From an uncultured Actinomycetota bacterium (GTDB lineage Bacteria; Actinomycetota; Actinomycetes; Actinomycetales; Dermatophilaceae), in NCBI GenBank assembly GCA_963759595.1, contig CAVWZX010000004.1:28329-92328 (forward strand): a stretch of 64,000 nucleotides of DNA, read 5' to 3'. Positions 1 through 11,900 of the stretch are shown piece after piece (positions within the stretch are counted from its first letter, which is position 1; each line of letters opens with the position of its first letter). The notes under the pieces were generated by a model. It had not been told where the DNA came from and searched no databases. It was given only the letters and a program-made list of their open reading frames with translations. The position numbers and the translations under genes were made by a program.

Positions 1-165
1 CAGCGAGGCGGTCGAGGTGTCCCCCTCGGTGACGATCTCGACGAGCTCGACGGTGTGGCCTCGGGCGCGCAGCAGGTCGGCGACCCAGGTCGACTGGGTG
101 GTGGCCAGAGCGCTGCGTCGGGTGCCGAGACGCAAGGTGAGGGGGCCAGCGGCAGGTGCACTCAC
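1..165 (-). CDS. hemC: Hydroxymethylbilane synthase (porphobilinogen deaminase), N-terminal part, truncated by window edge
   Basis: Hand translation of minus strand: VSAPAAGPLTLRLGTRRSALATTQSTWVADLLRARGHTVELVEIVTEGD (HemC GTRxSxLA motif); GTG overlaps hemA stop. Confidence 0.9.
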   Translation of the reverse strand, partial: MSAPAAGPLTLRLGTRRSALATTQSTWVADLLRARGHTVELVEIVTEGDTSTASL

Positions 166-1474
166 GGCATACCTCCCCTCTCGGGGGGTGGCACCGACGC
201 GGTCGCGGCCTCGCCGGGACGCAGGTCGAACAGCTCACGCAGCGCCTGCGCGTAGTCGGCACCCTGGCCGCCGACGGCACGCTCCTTCACCCGGATGGTC
301 GGGGTGTGCAGGAGCTTCTCGACGATGCGGTGCACCGCGAGCTGGACCTCGGCACGCGCCACGTCGTCGAGTTCGGGCAGCCGCTGGTCGAGGCGGGTGA
401 GCTCGCCGGCCACGACGTCGGCCGCGTGCGAGCGAAGCGCCGCGACCGTGGGTGCGACCGTCTCCGCCGCCCGCGAGGTGAGGTATGCCGCGACCTCGCC
501 GATGACGAGGTCGGCCACCTCCTGCACCTGCGGCGGCGTCTGGCCACCGGACAGCTCCTCCCCCAGCGCGCCGAGACCGGCGAGGGTCACCCCGCTCAGT
601 GAGGCGACCTCGGGGGTCACGTCGTGGGGCAGGGCGAGGTCGATGTAGGTCTGCGGGCGTCCGGCGCGGGCCACCTGGGCGTCGCCGGCAGTCGCGAGGT
701 CGACCACCACGCCGGTCGAGCCCGGTGCAGGAGATGACGACGTCGGCACCGGCCAGGGCGAGGGGCAGCTCCTCGAGCGGACGGGCGACGGCGCCGGTGC
801 GCTCGGCGAGCCGGACGGCCTTGGCCAGGGTCCGGTTGACGATCGTCAGCGCGGCGGCACCGCGGCGGGCGACGGTCGTGGCGGCCAGCGAGCTCATGCC
901 ACCGGCCCCGACGACGAGCACCCTGAGACCGGTCAACGGCCCGAGCTCGCGCTCGGCCCGGGCCAGACCGGCCTCGACGAGGGAGACGGACACGGCATCG
1001 ATGCCGGTCTCGGTGTGGGCCCGCTTGCCGACCCGCAGGGCCTGCTGGAACAACGTGTTGAGGGCCGGCCCGGCATGTCCGGACTTCTGCGACATCGCGC
1101 AGGGCCATGCGCATCTGGCCGAGGATCTGCGCCTCACCGACGGCCATCGAGTCCAGGCCGCAGGCGACCGTGAACGCGTGGGCGATCGCGCGGTCCTCGT
1201 AGTGGACGTAGAGGTGCTCGCGCAGCTCGTCGCGGTCGACTCCGGTGACCTCGATGAGAGCGTCGGCGATGTCGGTGACCGCGCCGTGGAAGGTCGCCGA
1301 CTCGGCATAGACCTCGGTGCGGTTGCAGGTGGAGACCACGAGCGCCTCGGAGAGGTTGTCGCGGCCGGTCAGGCTGGCGGCCAGTGCGCGACGGCCGTCC
1401 GCGTCGAGCGACATGGCTTCGAGCAGCGGCAGCGGCGCCGTGTGGTGGGACAGCCCCAGGATCACGAGGCTCAT
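162..1474 (-). CDS. hemA: Glutamyl-tRNA reductase (two apparent frameshifts near 1095 and 722)
   Basis: MSLVILGLSHHTAP, STCNRTE, GLDSMAVGEAQILGQ, VVGAGGM and KLLHTPT motifs spread over three reading frames. Confidence 0.92.
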
Positions 1475-2179
1475 CGGCCGACCACGGTGGTGATGGACTC
1501 GAGCGCGACGGGGTCGAGCGCGCCCTCGGACGGCGAGCGCCTTGCGCTGCTCGTGGAAGGCGAGGATCTGCAGCTCGGTGGAGAGGTCGACCTTGCGGAC
1601 GTCGACGTCGTCGGGGACGACGAGCACGCAGGGCGCGAAGTTGAGGATCGAACGCACCCCGGCGGCGACCAGCTGGTCGCAGACGTCCTGGGCGGAGACG
1701 GCCGGGGTGGCGATGACCCCGATGGCCAGCCCCTGGTCGGCGACCAGCTGCTCCAGGACGTCCATCGACTGCACGGTGAGTCCGGCGATGTCCTGGCCGA
1801 TCAGCGCCTCGTCCTGGTCGAGCAGCGCGACGACGCGAAAACCCCGGGTCGCGAAGCCGCTGTAGGCCGCGAGCGCGTGGCCGAGGTTTCCCATCCCGAT
1901 GATGGCCACCGGCCAGTCCTGGGTGAGGCCGAGCTCGCGCGAGATCTGGTAGGCGAGGTGGTCCACCTCGTAGCCGACACCGCGCACGCCGTAGGAGCCG
2001 AGGTGGGACAGGTCCTTGCGCAGCTTGGCGCTGCGAACCCCCGCAGCCGCGGCGAGCTCCTCGGAGGACACCGACGTGATACCGCGTTCCGCGAAGCCGG
2101 TCAGGGCCCGCAGGTACTCGGGTAGCCGTGCAACCGTGGCGTCGGGAATACCCCGACGGGCGCTCGGGTCGGCAGACAC
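1471..2179 (-). CDS. rex: Redox-sensing transcriptional repressor Rex (frameshift near 1530 creates apparent fusion to hemA)
   Basis: IPDATVARLPEY, LRKDLSHLGSYGVRGVGY, GMGNLGHAL, ILNFAP; alternative frame ends in TGA overlapping the hemA ATG (ATGA at 1471-1474). Confidence 0.93.
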
Positions 2180-2255
2180 AGTCTTCTCCGGCTCCTTCTC
2201 ATCACGGGCGTCCGCGCCTGGCTGGAGCGGATGGGAGCCTCTGCAGATTACGCTT

Positions 2256-2273
2256 TTGTGAACGGATGCACAA
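2256..2273. promoter_or_regulatory. Rex operator (ROP)
   Basis: TTGTGAA-cgga-TGCACAA, one mismatch to TTGTGAA-n4-TTCACAA, directly upstream of rex-hemA-hemC. Confidence 0.85.
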
Positions 2274-2359
2274 AGTCACAAGCGGACGTCTCATCTGGTG
2301 CGTGAGCCAGGTCACTCCGCACCCCTCGCGAGAGCCGTTCGAGGCCCTCCCGTCCCGGC

Positions 2360-2617
2360 TCAGGTCCGCAGGGCAGCTCGAAGCCGGGACTCGTCGACCC
2401 GCCAGTAGTCGTGCTGGCGGCCGTCCACGAAGGTCACGGGGATCTGCTCCCAGTACTGCTCCTTGAGCACCGGATCTTCCTCGATCGACTGCTCCACCCA
2501 CCCCACGCCCAGGTCGACGGCGACGCGCTCGATGACGGCTCGGGCCTCCTCGCACAGGTGGCACCCCGGTTTGCTGACCAAGGTGATGCGCGCGGCTGGC
2601 TGGGGGGTTGCGGACAC
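2360..2617 (-). CDS. Glutaredoxin-like protein (DUF836 type)
   Basis: [10 protein letters not shown] CxxC motif, IPVTFVDG; conserved position upstream of rex. Confidence 0.85.
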   Translation of the reverse strand: MSATPQPAARITLVSKPGCHLCEEARAVIERVAVDLGVGWVEQSIEEDPVLKEQYWEQIPVTFVDGRQHDYWRVDESRLRAALRT

Positions 2618-2680
2618 GACGCCAGCGTATGCCGGGTGGTGGCCTCAGCGGGTCCGCGCGGCCACCCTAGGCTGCCCGTC

Positions 2681-3502
2681 ATGACGGACCGGGCGCGCGA
2701 GCTGGAACCGCACCTGGCCCGGGCGCTCACCGTCCCCGAGGACCTGGGAGCTGCCGCGTTCTTCGACGTCGACAACACGGTGATGCGCGGAGCCAGCATC
2801 TGGCACCTGGCGCTCGGGCTCTGGCGCCGCGACTTCTTCACGGTGCGCGACGTGAGTGCGATGGCGTGGAAGCAGCTGCGGTTCGCTGCCCTGGGGGAGA
2901 ACCTCGAGCACGTCGAGCAGATCCGCGAACAGGCTCTCGGGTTCATCGCCGGCCACTCGGTCACGGAGATCGGAGCCATCGGCGAGGAGATCTTCGACGA
3001 GGCGATGCACGACAAGATCTGGCCAGGGACCCAGGCATTCACCCGGATGCACCTCGACGAGGGGCAGGAGGTCTGGCTCGTCACCGCGACCCCACTCGAG
3101 GTGGCCCAGGTGATCGCCGACCGGCTCGGGCTGACCGGAGCACTGGGGACCGTGGCCGAGTCCGTGGAGGGCGTGTACACGGGCCGCCTGGTCGGCGAGC
3201 CGTTGCACGGTCTGGCGAAGGCCACAGCGGTCCAGGCCCTGGCCGAGGAACGCGGCTTCGACCTGAGCCGGTGCGCGGCGTACTCCGACTCCGCGAACGA
3301 CATCCCGATGCTGTCGCTGGTCGGTCAGCCGTGCGCGATCAACCCGGACAGCGCCCTGCGCGACCACGCGAGGGCCAACGGATGGACGATCCGCGACTAC
3401 CGCACCGGACGTCGCGCCGCCAAGGTCGGCGTCCAGGCCGTGGGGGCCACCGCGCTCGCCGGCGCCCTCGCCGCGGCGGCGGCCCGGCGCCGGTCACGGT
3501 AG
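2681..3502 (+). CDS. HAD-IB family hydrolase (SerB1-like)
   Basis: FFDVDNT motif [18 protein letters not shown]; TAGGCT -10 box 7 nt before ATG 2681. Confidence 0.88.
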   Translation: MTDRARELEPHLARALTVPEDLGAAAFFDVDNTVMRGASIWHLALGLWRRDFFTVRDVSAMAWKQLRFAALGENLEHVEQIREQALGFIAGHSVTEIGAIGEEIFDEAMHDKIWPGTQAFTRMHLDEGQEVWLVTATPLEVAQVIADRLGLTGALGTVAESVEGVYTGRLVGEPLHGLAKATAVQALAEERGFDLSRCAAYSDSANDIPMLSLVGQPCAINPDSALRDHARANGWTIRDYRTGRRAAKVGVQAVGATALAGALAAAAARRRSR

Positions 3503-3758
3503 CCGCACCCGGCGGCATACCGGCGTTTGCGTGGAGACGGGCGCGTTCGCGTGCGGTGTGGCGCAGGTCTCCTGACAAAGAAGGAGAATTCGGGGAAACT
3601 GTCTCGGTCAGGAGGCCCCCATCCGGATTCGTGCACGACGCAGCGCCGCGAGCCCACTCGCGGTGCCGCGTGCTGCCCGCACGGTCCCGGTCTGGGCAAC
3701 GAGCAGGCCCGCCATCGGTTACGCCGGCGCAGTCGCTTCGGGTCACGCCGACCACGGC

Positions 3759-4454
3759 ATGGCGGCTGCGACCGCCGACTTCCTCGGGTCGCTGCGCACC
3801 ATGCTCAGCCTCGCAGGGGAGGCCGGCACCCTTTCCGGTGGTGGCGACGCCGGGGGCGGTTCGGCGGCGCGGGCCGGCTTCGGGCCCGGCGAGGCACCGC
3901 AGGACTTCGAGCGGGTCTCGGCGCTCGTCGAGCTGGCCCAGCGGGGCGACAGCGAGGCGTTCGGGATGCTCTACGAGCGTTACGTCGACGTCGTCTACCG
4001 CTATGTCTACGTGCGCGTGGGAGGCAAGCAGCTCGCCGAGGACATCACGTCCGAGACGTTCCTGCGGGCACTGCGCCGGATGGACTCGTTCTCCTGGCAG
4101 GGTCGTGACATCGCCGCGTGGTTCATCACGATCGCGCGCAACCTGATCACCGACAACGCGAAGTCGGCCCGGTTCCGCATGGAGGTCACGACGGCCGACA
4201 TGCTCGACGCCGACCCGCGGGTCGAGGCGGCCCCCGACAACGAGGTGCTCGACCGGCTCCGCGACCAGCGACTCCTCCAGGCGGTCAAGAACCTCAAGCC
4301 CGAGCAGGCCGAATGCGTGGTGCTGCGGTTCCTCCAGGGCCTGACCCTCGCGGAGACGGCCAAGGTGCTCGGCAGGTCCGAGGGCGCCGTCAAGCAGCTC
4401 CAGCTCCGCGCCGTGCGGGCCCTGCACCGGGAGCTCGCCGATGTCGACATCTGA
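3759..4454 (+). CDS. ECF RNA polymerase sigma factor, BldN/SigD-like (start uncertain)
   Basis: AQRGDSEAFGMLYERY, AEDITSETFLRALRR, WQGRDIAAWFITIARN, region 4 SEGAVKQLQLRA. Confidence 0.9.
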   Translation: MAAATADFLGSLRTMLSLAGEAGTLSGGGDAGGGSAARAGFGPGEAPQDFERVSALVELAQRGDSEAFGMLYERYVDVVYRYVYVRVGGKQLAEDITSETFLRALRRMDSFSWQGRDIAAWFITIARNLITDNAKSARFRMEVTTADMLDADPRVEAAPDNEVLDRLRDQRLLQAVKNLKPEQAECVVLRFLQGLTLAETAKVLGRSEGAVKQLQLRAVRALHRELADVDI

Positions 4455-4533
4455 GCTCTGCCGGACCCGAGAGGCGATGTGCCGGCCCCGGGAGCTGGAC
4501 CGCCGGAACCGGGAGTTTCGCTACGAATCGACG

Positions 4534-4561
4534 CGTAACTTCCTCTGCCGCTACTCGTTCT
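4534..4561 (+). promoter_or_regulatory. Putative BldN-type ECF promoter for the downstream anti-sigma gene
   Basis: CGTAAC-N16-CGTTCT, matching the sigma-BldN consensus CGTAAC-N16-CGTTGA. Confidence 0.6.
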
Positions 4562-4616
4562 CAGCACGACGCACCGATGTGCTGATCGACGCAGGGCTGG
4601 GGAGGGAGAAGTCGGC

Positions 4617-5816
4617 ATGCCAGTTCTGAACCGTTCGGCGGACCGTTTCCAGCGCGCGCTGGACGGCGAACGCATCACCGACGAGCGCCTCGTCGAGCTC
4701 ATCGAGACCAGCCGCCACCTCGTGGGAGTCGCTGCGGTCCTGCCTGCTCCCGACGCGACGTTCGTCAGCACGCTGCGCGAGCGGCTGATGGCCGAGGCCG
4801 CCTTGATGCCGGTGCCCAGCCCGGTGGCCGCCAAGGCCGCTGTCGCCCGCCGGGCCGACACCCGCACCACCCCCGTCGTCGTCGTGGTCGGCCGTGGCCT
4901 GCCGCGACTGCTCGCCGGCGCCGCGGCATCGGCCCTCCTCGTGGGTGGGGTCGTCGGCGCCGCCTCCCGCAGCGCCGTCCCGGGTGACGCGCTCTACCCG
5001 GTCAAGGGCTGGCTCGACGGGGTGGCCGTCCGGCTCGCCGACAACGACCTCGAGCGCGGCCGCACCTATCTCGCCCAGGCCCAGGGCCACATCTCGGACG
5101 CTCGCCAGCTGTCGACTCCTACGAGGCCGGACCACGGCGACGTCGACGTCGCCCTGCGTGGAGCCATCGACTCGGTGCGCAAGGGCCGCCAGTCCCTGGA
5201 CAGCTCGTACGCCGCGACCGGCAACCCCCAGGCGCTGCTCGCCATGCGCGACTTCACCGCCCGCGCCCTACCCCAGATCGACGCGGCCCGCACCGAGGTG
5301 CCGGCCGAGTCGCAGCCCCTCCTCGGCCAGCTCGAGGACCTGCTGCGCGACACCCAGGAGAGCACGGCACGGCGGATCGCCGCCTGCGGCAGCGCCTGCG
5401 CCGGTGGCCTGTCCGCCACCGGCAACCCGGTGACCGTCCCCAGCACCGCCCTCACGGGCGCCACGACCGTTGCCACGACCGGCGCCACCACCCGAGCCGG
5501 GGCCGGCCCGACGACCGCACCCGGCGGGGGCATCACCGTCCCCAGCACCGCGGTGACAGCGCCTGGCGGCGTCCTGCCCGGTTCCAGCAGCACCGGACCG
5601 GTGGTCGGCGGTGGTGGTGGGGGCGCCACCGTGTCGACCGACGGTGCGACGGTGCACCTGCCGACCGTGAGCGTCTCCGTGCCGATCGTCCCGTCCGTGA
5701 CGGCGACCGTCCCGCTGCCGTCGGTGACGGTGGGGACCGGCGGTGTGGGCGCCACCGTGCCGGGCAGCACCCTCGGCCCGGTCACCCTGCCAGGCGTCAC
5801 GATCACGCTGCCCTGA
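4617..5816 (+). CDS. Putative membrane anti-sigma factor (RsbN/DUF5667-like) with Thr/Pro/Gly-rich tail
   Basis: Directly downstream of the ECF sigma; TM segment followed by AVPGDALYPVK motif. Confidence 0.75.
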   Translation: MPVLNRSADRFQRALDGERITDERLVELIETSRHLVGVAAVLPAPDATFVSTLRERLMAEAALMPVPSPVAAKAAVARRADTRTTPVVVVVGRGLPRLLAGAAASALLVGGVVGAASRSAVPGDALYPVKGWLDGVAVRLADNDLERGRTYLAQAQGHISDARQLSTPTRPDHGDVDVALRGAIDSVRKGRQSLDSSYAATGNPQALLAMRDFTARALPQIDAARTEVPAESQPLLGQLEDLLRDTQESTARRIAACGSACAGGLSATGNPVTVPSTALTGATTVATTGATTRAGAGPTTAPGGGITVPSTAVTAPGGVLPGSSSTGPVVGGGGGGATVSTDGATVHLPTVSVSVPIVPSVTATVPLPSVTVGTGGVGATVPGSTLGPVTLPGVTITLP

Positions 5817-5898
5817 CCGAGCGGCTCACGACGCGGGAAGGTGGGGGTCGTCCTGTCGTACCGCAGGCGGGGTCACGTCGGGGCGATGGTCGACAGGG

Positions 5899-7302
5899 TC
5901 AGAAGAAGACCGAGCGCCTCTGCATGAGCAGCGAGTAGAGCGTCTGCTGGATCGTCTCGCGCACCTGGTCGGTGAGGTCGAAGACGAGCATCGGGTCGTC
6001 GGCGGCGCCCGGGCCGAGGTCCGCGGTCTCGACCGGCGAGCCGAACTCGATGATCCACTTGCTCGGCAGCGGCACCAGCCCGAGCGGTCCCAGCAGCGGC
6101 CAGGTCGGGGTGATCGGTGCGTACGGAGCCCCGAGCAGCCGGGCGATCGTCTTCATGTTGCCGAGAATCGGGTAGATCTCCTCGGCACCGACGATGGAGC
6201 AGGGGATGATCGGCGCGCCGGTCTTCAGCGCCGCCGACACGAAGCCGCCGCGGCCGAACCGCTGCAGCTTGTAGCGCTCGCTGAACGGTTTGCCGACGCC
6301 CTTGAAGCCTTCGGGCCACACTCCCGCGAGCTCGCCGCTGGAAAGCAGCCTCTCCGCATCGGGGTTGGCGGCCAGCGTCGACCCGGACTTGCGGGCGACC
6401 TGCCCGATGACCGGCGTCTGGAACACCAGGTCGGCGCCGAGCATGCGAAGGTGCCGGTGCGCGGGGTGCTCGTCGTGGACGGCGACCTGCGTCATCAGCG
6501 AGTCCATGGCGACGGTCCCCGAGTGGTTGGCGACGACGAGGCCACCTCCCTCGGACGGGATGTTCTCGATCCCGCGCACCTCGACCCGGAACCAGGACCT
6601 GTAGAGCGGGCGCAGCACGGGAAGGTAGAAGTGCCGGGTGAAGTCCTCGTCGAAGCCGAACTCGTCGACGGTGTAGTCGCCGGTCACCCGGCGCCGCAGG
6701 AACGACAGCAGCGACGCGATGTGGCGCTCGACGTCGTCGGGTGAGATCCCGGCCGCCTCGGACGCGACCCGCACCGCCGCGATACCCGCAGTGAGCAGCT
6801 CCTCGACGCCCGGGGCGATGCTGCGCGAGGTCGAGGTGGCGGTCGCGGTCGCCGGTGCCGGCGCGGCCATCTCGTCGGTGACCGCCTTGAGTGTGCGGGC
6901 CTTCCCCGACGAGGTATGCCGCGTGCCGGCCTTCCCTGCTCCCGTCGCCTCCGGCACCGGCGTGGGACGGGCCGGGCGGCTTGACCTCGTGGGGCGCGCG
7001 CCGGATCTGGCGACGGCCTTGCGGGTGGGCACGGCCTTGGCCACCGGTCGCGGCCGGTGCTTGCCGCTGCCCGCCGGAGCCGACGTCGTGGTGGGCTGGG
7101 AGGACGCCGCGTCGGGCGCCTGCTGCGGTGTCGCGGTTCTCGGCGCGGACGCGACCGGGTCTGCCGGTGCGGCCGGGGCCGCCGTGGCGATGAGGGGGGT
7201 GCTGCGGCGCTTGGCGCGTTCACCGGAGGCGCGCGCCGCGCCGGCCGCGAGGGCACTCTTGCGAGCGGGGCGGGGGGCGGAGCTGCCGGACTTCGTGGCC
7301 AT
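5899..7302 (-). CDS. Lysophospholipid/PlsC-family acyltransferase with long low-complexity N-terminus
   Basis: VANHSGTVAMD (HxxxxD-type), VWPEGFKGVGK, YTVDEFGFD. Confidence 0.88.
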   Translation of the reverse strand: MATKSGSSAPRPARKSALAAGAARASGERAKRRSTPLIATAAPAAPADPVASAPRTATPQQAPDAASSQPTTTSAPAGSGKHRPRPVAKAVPTRKAVARSGARPTRSSRPARPTPVPEATGAGKAGTRHTSSGKARTLKAVTDEMAAPAPATATATSTSRSIAPGVEELLTAGIAAVRVASEAAGISPDDVERHIASLLSFLRRRVTGDYTVDEFGFDEDFTRHFYLPVLRPLYRSWFRVEVRGIENIPSEGGGLVVANHSGTVAMDSLMTQVAVHDEHPAHRHLRMLGADLVFQTPVIGQVARKSGSTLAANPDAERLLSSGELAGVWPEGFKGVGKPFSERYKLQRFGRGGFVSAALKTGAPIIPCSIVGAEEIYPILGNMKTIARLLGAPYAPITPTWPLLGPLGLVPLPSKWIIEFGSPVETADLGPGAADDPMLVFDLTDQVRETIQQTLYSLLMQRRSVFF

Positions 7303-8351
7303 CAGTCGTTCCTCCCTGCAGCCCACACGTGGCTGATCGCGCTCGCGGCGGAGCCCGCTGCGCCGGTGACCGCCGAACCGAAGACCGCGGCCCCTGGGAT
7401 CGCGGACCGGACTCCGTGCGCGTAGTCCTCGAACGCCGCCCGGGTCGTGTAGGCGGGCTCGAAGCCCAGCACCTCACGCATGCGGCGGGTGTCCAGGCCA
7501 CGGCCATAGGCCAGGAACTGGATCTGGTCGCTGCTGAAGTCGGCGAGGCCGGACCGCTTGACCAGGTTGCCGAAGATGCCGGCGGCCGGCATGGGGACCG
7601 GGATGATCGGGCGGCCGGCCATTCCGGCTGCCTGGGCCACGGTGATGACCCCGTCCCCGGCGATGTTGGTGATGCCGGTGCTCGGCCCGGTGGCCGCGAG
7701 CAGGAGTGCGGAGATCGCGTCGCTCTCGTGCACGAACTGCAGGCGCGCGTCGTAGCCGAATGGCACCGGCACGACCGGGAGGGCGAAGTAGTCGGTCAGC
7801 GAGGTGCGGATGCCGCGACCGATGATGTTGGCGAATCGCAGCATGGAGATCTCGACGTCGGGACGACGCCGGGAGAAGCCCCGGACGTAGCCCTCGACCT
7901 CGACCGAGTCCTTGCCGAAACCGGCGCGGGGCAACGACTTCGGGCCCATCTCCTCGGTGAACATGGCGGGGTCGCGAGGGCTCGACCCATAGACGGCCGC
8001 CGAGGACTTCACGACGAGGCGCTTGATGCTCGACGCCTTCTGGCACGCAGCGAGCAGCTGCATGGTGCCGATGACGTTGATCTCCTTCTGGGACGAGCGT
8101 CCTCCGGCGTGGGTCGGCGTCGCGATGACGTTCAGGTGCACGACGGTGTCGACCTCGGACTGCGCGATGATCTTGCCGATCATCGGGTTGCGGATGTCGG
8201 CGCGGACGAACTCGGCGCGGCCGATGTCTCCCGGCGGCGGGATGACGTCGACACCGATGACGCGCCCCACGGACGGGTCCTGCGTCAGCGCCCTGGCGAA
8301 GAGGCCGCCGAGGTACCGCGAGACGCCGGTCACGAGGACGACATCAGCCAC
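7302..8351 (-). CDS. NAD-dependent epimerase/dehydratase (Rv0501-like)
   Basis: VLVTGVSRYLG, INVIGTMQLL, SSAAVYG. Confidence 0.88.
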   Translation of the reverse strand: MADVVLVTGVSRYLGGLFARALTQDPSVGRVIGVDVIPPPGDIGRAEFVRADIRNPMIGKIIAQSEVDTVVHLNVIATPTHAGGRSSQKEINVIGTMQLLAACQKASSIKRLVVKSSAAVYGSSPRDPAMFTEEMGPKSLPRAGFGKDSVEVEGYVRGFSRRRPDVEISMLRFANIIGRGIRTSLTDYFALPVVPVPFGYDARLQFVHESDAISALLLAATGPSTGITNIAGDGVITVAQAAGMAGRPIIPVPMPAAGIFGNLVKRSGLADFSSDQIQFLAYGRGLDTRRMREVLGFEPAYTTRAAFEDYAHGVRSAIPGAAVFGSAVTGAAGSAASAISHVWAAGRND

Positions 8352-8558
8352 GATTCCTCCCCCGCTGGGTCCGGTGGTCGCGAGGCTCGCGACCGGTGCC
8401 AACCCTACCGAGCGCACCGGCAGGGCCGAAGGGCCTGCGCCAGCCGGTGGACGCGTGGCCCGTCACACTGCCGCCCACCCGGCATACCAGCCAGCGGACG
8501 CGTGCCTCGTCACAGTGCCGCCCACCCGGCATACGAGGGACCACCTTCCCAGGCAGAC

Positions 8559-8587
8559 GAAAGGCCCCCGCTCGGCGGGGGCCTTCG
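8559..8587 (-). terminator. Intrinsic terminator hairpin after bS22
   Basis: Inverted repeat AAGGCCCCCGC-tcg-GCGGGGGCCTT immediately after the stop codon. Confidence 0.7.
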
Positions 8588-8588
8588 A

Positions 8589-8687
8589 TCACTTCTTGTT
8601 GCGACGCTGGTGGCGCGTCTTGCGAAGGAGCTTGCGGTGCTTCTTCTTCGCCATGCGCTTGCGGCGCTTCTTGATGACAGAGCCCAT
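8589..8687 (-). CDS. 30S ribosomal protein bS22 (AURKAIP1/COX24 family)
   Basis: MGSVIKKRRKRMAKKKHRKLLRKTRHQRRNKK, 32 aa. Confidence 0.95.
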   Translation of the reverse strand: MGSVIKKRRKRMAKKKHRKLLRKTRHQRRNKK

Positions 8688-8929
8688 GGTGTCCTCTAGG
8701 TCGTTGGTCGGTGTTGCCGGACGGGGCAACGAACCAACGCACCACGCCGAACTGTGGCGCCACTCTAGCGGCCCTCGACCCCGCAGCCCAAACCCGGTCG
8801 CGATGACGGAGATCCGCCAACCCGCGGACGGCAGTCCGCCACCGGCCACCGATAACCCCGCGATCGTCGCCTCGTTGTCACGCCAGTCAGGGCCTACGAG
8901 GCCCGCTCAACGCAAGGGAGACACTCCCC

Positions 8930-11900
8930 ATGTCCCGAACGCACTCGATGAGCAGAAGGGCGGGAGCCGGCCTGTGCCTGCTGACCGCCGCCGCGACCGC
9001 ACTCCCCCTGTCCACCGCCTTCGCCGCCGACCCGGCGTCCCCCGTGCTCCCTGCACTGGGCGACGCCGTGGACTCCTTGGCGACCACCCTGGACACCCGC
9101 TCGGTGACGCAGTCGGTCATCCCGACCGCGGCAGCTCGCGAGGCGGCCAAGAACCTGCTCGCCGCATCCGGGGCCGGCGTCCGAGCCACGTGGGACGGAC
9201 GCTTCGGCACACTGCGCTCCGTGCGCGGTGCGGGCTACCTCAGTGCACCTGCCAGCGGGTCGAGCGTCGACGTGGCCCGCGGCTGGTTGCGTTCCCACGC
9301 AGCGGCCTTCGGACTGGCTACCGCGCAGGTGGACTCCCTCGCCGTGACCCGCGACCACGCCTTGCCCAGCACAGGGACGCACGCCCTGAGCTTCGTCCAG
9401 ACGTCTGCCGGCGTTCCCGCCGTCAGAGGTGGACGCCTCAACGTGGCCGTCGCGAAGGACGGCAGGGTCCTCTCGTATGCCGGCGACCCCACTCCCGGGA
9501 GCACCCTCACCGGCAGCTGGGCGCTCACCCCGGTGGCTGCACTGACCAAGGTCGCCGGCGGGCTCGCCCCCGGCGTGACCTACCTGCCGAAGGCGACCGG
9601 GACCCAGGCCGGCTACACCACCTTCGCGAACGGTCCGTTCGGCGGCCCGTCGTACGTCAAGAAGGTGACCTTCGGGACCAAGGCCGGACCCGTCGCGGCC
9701 TTCAAGGTCTTCTTCATCAAGAGCCCGCTGGAGGCCTGGGAGGTCGTCGTCGACGGCACCACCGGGCGCACCCTGTACCGAACCTCCGTCGTCGACTTCG
9801 AGGGTGACCCGCAAGGCACTGTGTACGACAACTACCCCGGCGCAGCCAAGGGTGGCCAGCCCCGGCAGCAGTCGTTCGGCGCCACGGCCCAGTCGCCCAA
9901 GGGCTGGGTCGACCCGACCGGCCTGGTCGGCACCGGCGTGACGACCTATGGCAACAACGCCGACACCTACGCCAACTGGACCAACTTCATCGGACCGGTC
10001 GACAACGCACCGCGCCCGGTCGCCCCGACGGGCAACTTCAGCTACGCCTACACGAACCGGTGGGCGGCCACCAAGGGCCAGACCGTTCCCCCCTCCTACG
10101 CCGAGGACCTCAACCCGGCCGCGACCAACTTGTTCTTCCAGCACAACAGGATCCACGACGAGTACTACGCGCTCGGCTTCACCGAGACGGCCGGCAACTT
10201 CCAGCTGGATAACGGCAGTAACGGCGGGATGGGCGGTGACCCGATCCGGGGTCTGGTCCAGGCCGGCGCCGCGTCCGGTGGCGATCCGACCTACACCGGT
10301 CGCGACAACGCCTACATGCTCACCCTCGACGACGGCATCCCGCCGTGGAGCGGAATGTTCCTCTGGGAGCCCATCAACGACGCCTTCGAGGGCCCCTACC
10401 GCGACGGCTCGTTCGACATGAGCGTCATCCAGCACGAGTACACCCACGGCCTGTCGACGCGCTACGTCGCCGGCGGCAGCGCGCTCGGCTCGCAGCAGGC
10501 GGGCTCGATGGGCGAAGGGTGGTCCGACTGGTACGCCCTCAACCACGGCTTCAACGCCGGGCTGCTCACCAAGCCGATCGTCGGCGACTACGTTACGGGC
10601 AACCCGACCCGAGGCATCCGCAACTGGAACTACGACCAGAACCCGACCACGTTCGGCGACATCGGCTACGACCTGACCGGACCCGAGGTGCACGCCGACG
10701 GCGAGATCTGGACCGCCACGCTGTGGGACCTGCGCAAGGCCCTGGTGGCCCGCTACGGCGCCAAGCAGGGTGCCGAGGTCGCCGCTCGCCTCGTCACCGA
10801 CGGCATGCCGCTGACGGCGCCCGACCCGAGCTTCCTCGACGCTCGTGACGGCATCCTCTCGGCCGACCTCGACCGCTACCACGGCGACGACACCGACCTC
10901 ATCTGGTCGGTGTTCGCCAAGCGCGGCGCCGGCGCGAGTGCCCACTCCGACACCGGCGACGACACCGACCCCACACCCGGCTTCGACCACCCCGCGGCGG
11001 GGAAGAACGGCACCGTCGCGCTCACCCTGGTCAACGCGACCACCGGTCAGCCGATCGCCAACGCCAAGGTGATCCTCGGACGGTTCGAGGCCCGGGTCAC
11101 TCCCCTGGCCCGCACCGGCTCGTCCGGCGGCGCCAGCGTCAAGGCGGTTGCCGGCACCTACCCGCTGACCATCCAGGCCCCCGGGTTCGGCGTGCAGACG
11201 ATCGATGCCTTCGCCGTCACTGCCGGTCGGAACACGGCCAAGACGATCAAGCTCGCGCCCAACCTGGCCTCGACGGCCGCCGGCGCCAAGGTCGTCGACG
11301 TCTCCAGCGAGGACGACGGTGCACCCGCGAAGTTCGCCTTCGACGACAGCGCAGCCTCGGTGTGGTCGACGAAGTCCGGCACCACGGCATACAACGCCGG
11401 TCCGGACCAGCGAGTCACTGTCAAGCTGGCGGCTGCGGCCACGGTGAGCAGCCTGCGGATCAGCGCGTTCAAGGCCACCAACGCCTCACGTTTCGTCGCG
11501 CTCAAGGACTTCACCGTCCAGACGTCGACGGACGGGGTCAGCTGGACGACGGCCCGGACGGGCGGGTTCGCCTATGCCGCGCCGCGGCCCACCGCACCGG
11601 ACCTCAACTTCGCGACGTTCACCCTCGCCAAGCCGGTGAAGGCGGGGTACATCCGCTTCTTCATCGACTCGGTGCAGGGCGACACGACGACCGCGGCCCA
11701 GGTCGCGGACGTCGAGGTCTTCGGCGCCGGGGCGACCGTCGCCAATGGCTCGGTCACGCCGGACCCGGCGTTCACCGACTCGGGCACGATCATCGCTCCC
11801 AACCCTGCTGCGGGTAACCCCACCGGGCTGCAGAACGTCTTCGGCGTGACCGGCACGGAGATGAACACCGCCTGCACGTTCCCGCCGGCCAGCCAGGGTG

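Noticed and set aside
617-2179. Apparent Rex-HemA fusion protein (520 aa)
   Set aside because: A one-base shift near 1530 restores a rex stop overlapping the hemA ATG (ATGA); consistent with the window-wide indel noise.
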